Assembly: GCA_965221165.1 (NCBI GenBank)
Contig: CBDCRP010000002.1
Coordinates: 1,024,001 to 1,088,000 of the forward strand
Length of the DNA: 64,000 bases
Direction: 5' to 3'
Source of the DNA: a bacterium
GTDB lineage: Bacteria > UBA8248
The notes below the pieces were generated by a model. That model was not told where the DNA came from and did not search any database. It saw only the letters and a program-made list of their open reading frames with translations. The translations under genes and the position numbers were made by a program. Of this stretch, positions 56,730 to 64,000 are shown in pieces (the stretch's first letter is position 1; each line of letters starts with the position of its first letter).

Positions 56730-57473
56730 TCACACAATCGTCAAACCACCGTCGAGCACCAGAACCTGGCCCGTCATGTAGGATGAGCGGGGCGTCACCA
56801 GATACTCCATCGCGTCCAGCACTTCATCGACCCGCCCGAACCTGCCCATGGGGGATTTGCGGTAGCGCTCCGCCATGTTGTCGGGGTCGCCGTCTCCCTG
56901 CCCTTCTCTGAGCTTCGTCAGCACGGGACCCGCCGCTATGGCGTTCACGCGGATATTCGAATCCGCCAGTTCGACGGCCAGCGCGCGCGTGAGGCCCTCC
57001 ACTCCGCCCTTCACTCCGACGTACACCACACGCTCCTTGGCCGGCGTGTGCGCGTAGAAACTCGACATGTTGACAATGGCACCGCCGCCCCGTTTTTTCA
57101 TCTCAACGGCCGCACGCTTCGCGCACAGGATGTTGCCCTTGAGCCCCACGGCCAGCGCCAGGTCAATCGTGGCCTCCTCGACTTCCTCCAGAGGGCCGTT
57201 CCCCCGAATCACGGCGCAATTGATCAGAATATCCACGCCGCCGAATTTCCCTACCGCCGCGTCGAAAGCGCTTTCAACACCCTGCGCATTGGAGATATCC
57301 GCCTGCACGCCGAGAATGGAACCGGCTGCTTCCTCCTCGAGTCGCCGTAGTCCATCTTCTTGCATGTCCACGGCCGCCACATGCGCGCCTAGACTCAAGA
57401 ACCGGCGCGCGGCTTCCGCACCGATTCCCCGGGCAGCACCCGTGATGACGAAAATTTTCCCGTTCAGTTCCAT
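56730..57473 (-). CDS. Short-chain dehydrogenase/reductase
   Basis: TGAARGIG, IVNMSS, YVGVK and IRVNAI motifs; start ATG 57473. Confidence 0.93.
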   Translation of the reverse strand: MELNGKIFVITGAARGIGAEAARRFLSLGAHVAAVDMQEDGLRRLEEEAAGSILGVQADISNAQGVESAFDAAVGKFGGVDILINCAVIRGNGPLEEVEEATIDLALAVGLKGNILCAKRAAVEMKKRGGGAIVNMSSFYAHTPAKERVVYVGVKGGVEGLTRALAVELADSNIRVNAIAAGPVLTKLREGQGDGDPDNMAERYRKSPMGRFGRVDEVLDAMEYLVTPRSSYMTGQVLVLDGGLTIV

Positions 57474-57519
57474 AGTGGTCTTTCCACTCACCGGCCAACG
57501 AGAGGCGCAAGGTTCCCGC

Positions 57520-58566
57520 TCACAACGAGAGCACCCCCTCGCCTCGTGCAATTTCCAGCCGTGTTCCCAGCTTCGCAGAGAGCGATTCGAGGTTGGTGAG
57601 GATTTCCGCCGATTTGGGCTCCTCCTCGGCGAGAATACGCGGGCTGCCGTCCTCTTCGATCAAAACGGGCGCAAAAGCCACCCGGCTGAGCGCTCCTCCC
57701 CTAAGGGTTATTTTCAGGCAAATCGACTCGCGCGCGGTGGGCATGAACATCGGGTGGTCATGATCGAGAACGAAATTGCCCAAAGCATAAAAAACAGGCC
57801 GGCCGCGATAGACCTCGATTCCTTGCAGAATGTGGGGATGATGACCGACGACGACGTCCACCCCCGATTCGACGGCCGCATGCGCAGCGGCTTGCTGGGA
57901 AAGCGTGAGCGTACGGCTCTGGCTCGCGCCCCAGTGGAACGAGGCTAAAAGAAAATCGACTCTCGGACGCGCACGTTCGATATCGGCGGCCATCGCCTCC
58001 ATGTCCTCTTCATTCACGTAAGGGGGGCCATAGAGCGCATCCTGCCGGATGGGCGCGACGCCCGGCTTCGTGGGGCCTGCCCCCCAGCCCAACGGCAGTT
58101 CGAGAACGTAGGATAAAAACCCGTATCGTACGCCTTTTCGCTCCATAACGGCGGGCGTTCGCGCTTCCTGGATATTTCGGCCCGCTCCCGAATATGCGAT
58201 TCCGTTTCGCTCGAGCAATTCCATCGTCTCGACGAACGGTTCGACCCCGTAGTCCATGCAGTGGTTGCTGGCGAACGCCAATACGTCGAAGCCTCCTTCG
58301 AGATATCCCCGAATCATGTCCGGGCTGTGGCGCATCACGATTTTCCTGCTCGCGGGTTCCCCCAGATGAGACATCGACGCCTCGAGTCCACCGAAGCGCA
58401 GATCGGCCGCATCCAGAAAAGAGGCGACCTTCGAGAAAGTATTTTTCGGCTCGGAGCGATCGATTTCCATGTCGCCCACTACGATGAGCGTAGATTCGCC
58501 ATCCGCTAAATCTTGTGCTTCACCCGGCAACGGCCACCCCCATTCTTGATGTATCGCGCATTCCAC
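57520..58566 (-). CDS. CapA/PGA_cap family metallophosphoesterase
   Basis: VGD, SNHCMDYG, HWG, GHHPHILQ and YALGNF motifs. Confidence 0.9.
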   Translation of the reverse strand: MECAIHQEWGWPLPGEAQDLADGESTLIVVGDMEIDRSEPKNTFSKVASFLDAADLRFGGLEASMSHLGEPASRKIVMRHSPDMIRGYLEGGFDVLAFASNHCMDYGVEPFVETMELLERNGIAYSGAGRNIQEARTPAVMERKGVRYGFLSYVLELPLGWGAGPTKPGVAPIRQDALYGPPYVNEEDMEAMAADIERARPRVDFLLASFHWGASQSRTLTLSQQAAAHAAVESGVDVVVGHHPHILQGIEVYRGRPVFYALGNFVLDHDHPMFMPTARESICLKITLRGGALSRVAFAPVLIEEDGSPRILAEEEPKSAEILTNLESLSAKLGTRLEIARGEGVLSL

Positions 58567-58654
58567 CTCTGATCAATTCAGAACGGACGCAACAGTTTCC
58601 TCTCACTCGCGGGCGCGTCCCATCTATCAGATGAGAAAGCCCGGGTGAATTCTT

Positions 58655-59566
58655 CTATTTTTTGTTCTCTCGATCGAGGTACGACAAATAAACCGCCGCG
58701 CTGTCCAACTCTCCATGGCCTGCGCGCGCGCCTTCTCTGAAAAGCGGCGCGCATGCGTTGCCTACCGGCGTCACGGCACTGTGTCTCCTAGCCAGTCTGA
58801 GACCAAGCCCGATGTCCTTCAAGATGACGTTCAAAGTGCTCCGGGGACGGCGAAACCGACCCCGCACCATGTAGCCGCCGTGGCCATGGAACATACTTGA
58901 GTCGCCCGCGCGGCTTCTCTTGAGCGTGTCGAACAAAAAATCTTTCCCGAATCCGCTGCGTATGCCCAGCCGGAGGCCTTCGGCGATGACGCAACGCCCC
59001 ATGGAGGTCATGTAGTTCACGACCACTTTCATCGCGGCCCCGGAGCCGGAAGGTCCGCAGTATTTCTGGTCGGATAGCATCGTCTCCAAAAGTGGTGACA
59101 CCTTCTCGTAGGCTTTCCTGTTCCCGCCCACGAGAAACAAGCCTTCCCGCGCGGCCACGTAGTCGCTGTTGCCGCTTACGCACGCATCCAGGTAGGGAAT
59201 TCCCTTTCCCCGGCACAGTTCTGCGTGTTTTTTCGAGTCCTCCGGATCCGACGTCGTCGTGTCGAGCACGACTTCGGGCGCGAATTCGGGCTCGCAGGCC
59301 AGATAACCGTTTTTCCCCCGCGCGGTCTTGAGGGATATTTTCGAATTGGGAACGGAGATGAACACCACCTCGGCGGCTTCGGCCACGGCGCGCGGCGTTT
59401 CGAGGGCGCTTCCTCCCAGTCGCCTGAATTTCCGCATCGCTCCCGACTGCACGTCCGTTCCCACGAGGCGATGCCCGTCTGCGATGAGGTTTTTTGAAAA
59501 CGCCTGGCCCATGAGGCCCAGGCCGATGAAGCCGATGGTTTTTTTCGGGTTCTTTTTATTGGACAT
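58655..59566 (-). CDS. NAD(P)-dependent beta-hydroxyacid dehydrogenase family protein
   Basis: GFIGLGLMG, LDACVSG and MKVVVN motifs. Confidence 0.9.
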   Translation of the reverse strand: MSNKKNPKKTIGFIGLGLMGQAFSKNLIADGHRLVGTDVQSGAMRKFRRLGGSALETPRAVAEAAEVVFISVPNSKISLKTARGKNGYLACEPEFAPEVVLDTTTSDPEDSKKHAELCRGKGIPYLDACVSGNSDYVAAREGLFLVGGNRKAYEKVSPLLETMLSDQKYCGPSGSGAAMKVVVNYMTSMGRCVIAEGLRLGIRSGFGKDFLFDTLKRSRAGDSSMFHGHGGYMVRGRFRRPRSTLNVILKDIGLGLRLARRHSAVTPVGNACAPLFREGARAGHGELDSAAVYLSYLDRENKK

Positions 59567-59622
59567 CTTGCCCTCCCTTCGAGCGGAAAAATGAAGAAGC
59601 GGGCAGCGGGAGATGCGAGGCT

Positions 59623-60366
59623 CTATTGGCTCACGAGTTCCACGCTGTATCGATGCTGATCTCCGCGATAATAGATTTGGGAGAATTCGACAGGCTCGCC
59701 GCTTTTGCTGTAGACGAAGGTTTCCACGTATAAAACCGGCGCCAGAACGCCGATGGAAAGATGGCCTGCGACGTCACTCTCGGCGACGCGTGCTTCGAAC
59801 GTCTGTTGTATCTTGCCCAGCGGTATACGCAGTCGACTTTTGATGATGTGGAGCATACTGCGGGTGCGAATATCCTCATGCGGGATATTTTTGGCGAGTT
59901 TTTGGGGCAAATAATTCATCACATAACAAAGGGGCGTTTTCTCCGTCATCCTCAGGCGCTGAACCCTGGTCAACATTTCTCCGTGGCCCAGGCCGAAGAA
60001 TTTCTCCAATCGGGACGAAGCGTCCACATCCTGAATCGAGATAACGCGCATGTTCTCACCGCCGGCGGCCTCTTCCCAGATGGCCCCGGTGAGTTGAATC
60101 ATTTTCGATTTCACGCCCGCGCTGTTGACGAACGTGCCTTTTCGACGTTCGCGCGTCACGAGCCCTTCTTTCTCCAGTATGGAAAGCGCTTGTCGAAGGG
60201 TGACCCGGCTGACGCCGAAATGTTTGGAAAGGTCCAGTTCTTTCGGGAGCTTCATGCCCGAAATCAACTCCCCATTTTCGATTTTTCCGCGCAAAAGATT
60301 GGCGATCTGATAGTAGTAGGGGATGAATTCGTTCGAGAACGGTTTTTCCGCAATCAATTCCCGCAT
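59623..60366 (-). CDS. GntR family (HutC/UTRA) transcriptional regulator
   Basis: PYYYQI, LPKELDL, FGVSRVTLRQAL and GTFV motifs with a UTRA-like C-terminus. Confidence 0.94.
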   Translation of the reverse strand: MRELIAEKPFSNEFIPYYYQIANLLRGKIENGELISGMKLPKELDLSKHFGVSRVTLRQALSILEKEGLVTRERRKGTFVNSAGVKSKMIQLTGAIWEEAAGGENMRVISIQDVDASSRLEKFFGLGHGEMLTRVQRLRMTEKTPLCYVMNYLPQKLAKNIPHEDIRTRSMLHIIKSRLRIPLGKIQQTFEARVAESDVAGHLSIGVLAPVLYVETFVYSKSGEPVEFSQIYYRGDQHRYSVELVSQ

Positions 60367-60488
60367 TTTTTTCTCGCCTTCAAAATCTACAAGAATCGTT
60401 GAATCCTGATGAAATTCAGAACACTACTAGACTCGAGTCTCACATATTGCAACTTCGTTGAAAACGGCCCTCTTCAGCAAAATAAAAC

Positions 60489-60524
60489 TTGCGATTCCTA
60501 ATGGTATTAAATATAATACCATTA
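60489..60524 (+). promoter_or_regulatory. Sigma70 promoter overlapped by a perfect palindrome (probable GntR operator)
   Basis: TTGCGA(60489)-17-TATAAT(60512); TAATGGTATTA-AATA-TAATACCATTA at 60499-60524. Confidence 0.75.
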
Positions 60525-60636
60525 TTCAAGGATTAATTTGAGCGATTCTTCCGCATCGAGATTTTAAAAAGCGGAAACTATTTTCGTTGATTTTGAGGAT
60601 TCATACTTTTTCGTTCACTTTTGGGGTGAGTTCTGA

Positions 60637-61389
60637 ATGAAGCTCGAAGGACGCGCCGCGCTCGTCACCGGAGCCACGCGAGGCATCGGCAAAGCCATCG
60701 CCTTCGCATTGGCGCGCGCAGGGGCCACCGTCGCCGTGCATTACCACGCGGGCGAAGCGGCGGCGCAAGGGATAGTGGAAGACATTCGCAATGAAGGCGG
60801 CAGGGCCTTGAGCGTCCAGGCCGACGTGAGCCGGCGCGACGAGGTGGAGCGCATGTTCGGGGAATGTGAAAAGGAGATGGGAGGCGTCGATATCCTCGTC
60901 AACAACGCGCGGCAACTGGTGAAGGGCAGAGCCTTCCTGGAGATGAACTGGGAGGAGGATTACGACCCGCAGATTCAGGTGATGCTCAAAGGCGCTTTCC
61001 ATTGTTGTCAGGCAGTGCTGCCGGGCATGCGCGATAGAGGCCGGGGCCGCATCGTCAACGTTTTGTCCACCGTCCTGGGCGAGAAGCGCCCGCGCACGAA
61101 TTCCTACGGGGCGGTCAAATCCGCCCTATTGTATTTCTCGCAAAACCTGGCCGCGGAGATGGGCCCCTACGGCGTCACGGTCAACATGGTCTCCCCCGGC
61201 CTCACCGAAACGGAGCGGCCCATCCTCCATTCGGATGATTATCAAAGAGAATATATCGACACCATTCCGATGAAGCGCCTGGGGCGCTCGGAAGACGTCG
61301 CTGGCGCCGTGGTGTTTTTTTGCAGTGATGAGGCCGCCTATGTCACCGGCGTCAACATGGCCGTCTCGGGCGGTAAGGTGATCTTTTAA
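60637..61389 (+). CDS. Short-chain dehydrogenase/reductase (FabG-like)
   Basis: TGATRGIG, LVNNA, YGAVK and VNMVSPG motifs. Confidence 0.93.
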   Translation: MKLEGRAALVTGATRGIGKAIAFALARAGATVAVHYHAGEAAAQGIVEDIRNEGGRALSVQADVSRRDEVERMFGECEKEMGGVDILVNNARQLVKGRAFLEMNWEEDYDPQIQVMLKGAFHCCQAVLPGMRDRGRGRIVNVLSTVLGEKRPRTNSYGAVKSALLYFSQNLAAEMGPYGVTVNMVSPGLTETERPILHSDDYQREYIDTIPMKRLGRSEDVAGAVVFFCSDEAAYVTGVNMAVSGGKVIF

Positions 61390-61416
61390 CGACCCGCAAC
61401 CCGGAGGAAACGAAAG

Positions 61417-62559
61417 TTGGGACTATCGACCAAAGAGCGTGATCGTCGCCATGCGAATCTAAGAGAGGAGATGGGGCGCGAGGGGCTGGATGTCCTCGTC
61501 GTCTACGGAAACAGCGGCCGCCAGGGACCGCGCACGGGCAATCTGGCCTACGTCAGCAATTTTATTTCATTCTCCGGCCAGCAGATCCTGGTTTTTCCGC
61601 GCGAGGGAGAACCCGTCTTGTTCGTGGGAGTGGAGAACCAACGAATCGAATCCCTGCGAAACGGATGGATATCCGACACCCGCTGCGAGGCCATGACGCC
61701 CGTTCCGCAGCAGGCGTGCAACTATTTGAACCAAATCGCCCCCTCGGGTGCGAGAATCGGAATTTCCTCGCTCGCCATCATCCCCGTGGCCTGGCACCAG
61801 CAGCTTCAGGATCAGGTGAACGCGAGCGAATGGGTGGAGGCGGGCGACCTCGTCTGGAAACTGCGTCTGGTGCAAAGCGATGAGGAAGTCGCCATGTCGC
61901 GCCATGCGGCCGAGCTCGGCGACAGGGTGTGGAATCACCTCCGCGATTTCATCCGCGAAGGAGTGACGGAACTCGACATGCGCGCCGAGATGGACCGGGT
62001 GATCATCCCCGAGGGCGGGACGGAGAACTTCAACATGATGGGCCTGGCGAGCATGGCGGATGGAGGCGAAGCGCCCTGGGGCTACGTCATCCCCCAAACC
62101 GATCGACCCATCAAACAGGGCGATGCCGTTTTGCTGGAGATTTCTCCTCGCGTTCAGGGGTACTGGAACCAAATCGTACGGGTTCTGGCGCTGGGCGAGG
62201 CGGAAAAATGGCTGGTCGACGCCCACCAGGTGGTGCGCGAGGCGCGAGACGCCTCTTTGGAGCATCTCGGGCCGGGGCGGCCGATGGTCGGCATGGTCAC
62301 GGCGATGAACGAGGTTTTTGAAAAACACGGCTACGAGGTATGGCCCTACGGCCTGGTGCATCTCACGGGCCTGGACCTCACGGATTATATGATCACCCCG
62401 GTATCCGAAGGAGATTTGGAACCCGGAATGGTGGTGACGACGCACCCCATGTTCAACCTGGGAACCAACCGCCAGATTTTCTGGGGCGAAACCTATCTGG
62501 TAACATCTGATGGCTATGAACCGCTGAACACGAGTACGGATGAATTGGCGTGTCTATGA
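61417..62559 (+). CDS. M24 (Xaa-Pro peptidase/creatinase-like) family protein
   Basis: Creatinase_N-like N-terminus, LRLVQSDEE, HLTGLD, LEPGMVVTTHP and GETYLVT motifs. Confidence 0.85.
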   Translation: MGLSTKERDRRHANLREEMGREGLDVLVVYGNSGRQGPRTGNLAYVSNFISFSGQQILVFPREGEPVLFVGVENQRIESLRNGWISDTRCEAMTPVPQQACNYLNQIAPSGARIGISSLAIIPVAWHQQLQDQVNASEWVEAGDLVWKLRLVQSDEEVAMSRHAAELGDRVWNHLRDFIREGVTELDMRAEMDRVIIPEGGTENFNMMGLASMADGGEAPWGYVIPQTDRPIKQGDAVLLEISPRVQGYWNQIVRVLALGEAEKWLVDAHQVVREARDASLEHLGPGRPMVGMVTAMNEVFEKHGYEVWPYGLVHLTGLDLTDYMITPVSEGDLEPGMVVTTHPMFNLGTNRQIFWGETYLVTSDGYEPLNTSTDELACL

Positions 62560-62598
62560 TGGCTTGTTTGATTCTTACCCAATAAGGAGGAATACGAG

Positions 62599-64000
62599 AT
62601 GAGGAGGCTTTGGCTTTGGATGGTTGTTTTGGCGTTGTTGGTGCTCCCCGTAGGAGCGAAGGCGGCGCCCAAGGGCAAGGTGGTACTGGGCATGGCCGGC
62701 GCGCTTACGACGTTTGATCCGCACACCTTCAGTTCCCTGCCGATTTCGATGCACCACCCGAACGTTTTCGAGACGCTGCTCGCCCGCGCGCCAGACGGCT
62801 CCATGACGAACCAGCTCGCCGAGAGCTACAAGATGGTGAGCCCCAAGGTGTGGGAGTTCAAGCTCCGCAAGGGCGTGAAATTCAGCAACGGGGATCCCGT
62901 GAACGCGGCGGCCGTGAAGTTCAGCTTCGAGCGGATTCTCGACCCCAAGATGAAATCGAGGCAATACCGCTACTTCAAGAGCATGGCGAAATTAGAGGTG
63001 GTCGATGAACACACGGTCCGGATTCACACGAAAAAACCCGACCCCATGCTCCCGCCGTTTCTGGCGATCTACGGCTTCATCGTGCCGCCCAAGTATTACA
63101 AGAAACACGACAAGAAATACCTCACCCGCAATCCCGTGGGCAGCGGCCCGTTCGTGATGAAGAAATGGCGCAAGGGTCAGGAAGTCGTATATGAGGCCAA
63201 CCCCAACGCCTGGAGAAAGCCCAGGGTGAAGACGGCCGTCGTGAAGTTCATTCCTGAGTCCACCACGCGCGTCTCCGCGCTGATCTCGGGCGATGTGGAC
63301 GTCATCGACAACCTGCCGCCCGGGCTGAGCGGCCGGGTCAGGGCGGGCGGCAAAACGAACGTCATCGCCAAGCAATCGCCGCGCACCAACTACATCCTGA
63401 TGGTGATTAAAGAGGGTGCGCCCTGGATGGACGTGCGCGTCCGCAGGGCCATGAACCTTGCTATCAACCGCGAGGCCATCACCAAGAACGTGATGATGGG
63501 CTTCGCCAAATCGGTGGCGATCATCCAGGGTCCCGCGAGCTTCGGCTTCAACCCCGAACTCAAGCCCTATCCCTACGATCCCGCCCAGGCGAAGAAACTG
63601 CTCGCCGAAGCCGGATTCGCGAAAGGGTTTTCCTTCGACGTGTACATTCCCCGCGGACGCTTCATGATGGGCAAGGAAGCGCTCGAGGGCATCGCCGGCC
63701 AGTGGGCGAAGGTCGGCCTCAAGGCGAACGTTCGCGTGATGGAATGGGGCGCGATGAAGAAGATAATCTTCAGCAAGTACAAGAAAAACGTAAAACCCTT
63801 CTTGTACTATCTCGCGCGAATGAACACGGCCTTCAGCGCGGAGCACATGTTCGCAGGCGCCATCAGCAGCCGTTCGGCCTACGGCGGATTCCGCGACAAG
63901 GCCGTGGACAAGATGATCAACGACGCGCGCTCCACGCTGGACGACAAGGCGCGGGAGAAGAAGTACCAGAACATCGCCCGCGTTCTGCGTCATGAGAAGG
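62599..64000 (+). CDS. ABC transporter substrate-binding protein family 5 (DppA/OppA-like), runs off the right edge
   Basis: Not in the ORF track. AAGGAGG RBS, signal peptide MRRLWLWMVVLALLVLPVGAKA, LAESY..WEFKLRKGVKFSNG, PVGSGPF and DVRVRRAMNLAINRE. Confidence 0.93.
   Translation, partial: MRRLWLWMVVLALLVLPVGAKAAPKGKVVLGMAGALTTFDPHTFSSLPISMHHPNVFETLLARAPDGSMTNQLAESYKMVSPKVWEFKLRKGVKFSNGDPVNAAAVKFSFERILDPKMKSRQYRYFKSMAKLEVVDEHTVRIHTKKPDPMLPPFLAIYGFIVPPKYYKKHDKKYLTRNPVGSGPFVMKKWRKGQEVVYEANPNAWRKPRVKTAVVKFIPESTTRVSALISGDVDVIDNLPPGLSGRVRAGGKTNVIAKQSPRTNYILMVIKEGAPWMDVRVRRAMNLAINREAITKNVMMGFAKSVAIIQGPASFGFNPELKPYPYDPAQAKKLLAEAGFAKGFSFDVYIPRGRFMMGKEALEGIAGQWAKVGLKANVRVMEWGAMKKIIFSKYKKNVKPFLYYLARMNTAFSAEHMFAGAISSRSAYGGFRDKAVDKMINDARSTLDDKAREKKYQNIARVLRHEK

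Noticed and set aside
56614-60600. Genomic island integrated at selC
   Set aside because: No integrase and no duplicated tRNA 3' end were seen, and the flanking genes are ordinary metabolic genes.

Overview
A GC-rich bacterial chromosomal window of mostly housekeeping and catabolic genes: RND efflux pair, haloalkane dehalogenase, moaA with two moeA genes, tatA, an acyl-CoA module, rpmG-rpmB, addAB, homoserine dehydrogenase, four beta-hydroxyacid dehydrogenases, and a GntR-linked SDR/M24/ABC cluster. Host-interaction-type genes are interspersed: a Slam/DUF560 (type XI secretion) gene with a large TbpB-barrel surface lipoprotein, two ankyrin proteins and RTX-like Ca-binding proteins. This mix suggests a host-associated bacterium such as a marine-invertebrate symbiont (inference only). 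Features the ORF track misses or breaks are a tRNA-Sec (56614-56710), a DsrE-family selenoprotein read through an in-frame UGA (51114-51473), rpmG, and a 1-nt frameshift near the addB 5' end. The most unusual non-coding signals are: (i) two different AAA-wHTH ATPase genes, each preceded by its own repeated 42-59 bp AT-rich palindromes; (ii) two copies, 30 kb apart, of six 10-bp-phased GAAAA units ending in an IHF-like site; (iii) four spaced sigma70-like promoters upstream of the surface lipoprotein; (iv) mosaic REP/REPIN elements and several short gene remnants. I saw no CRISPR array, rRNA, integrase or transposase. All family assignments come from motif recognition by eye, not from database searches.
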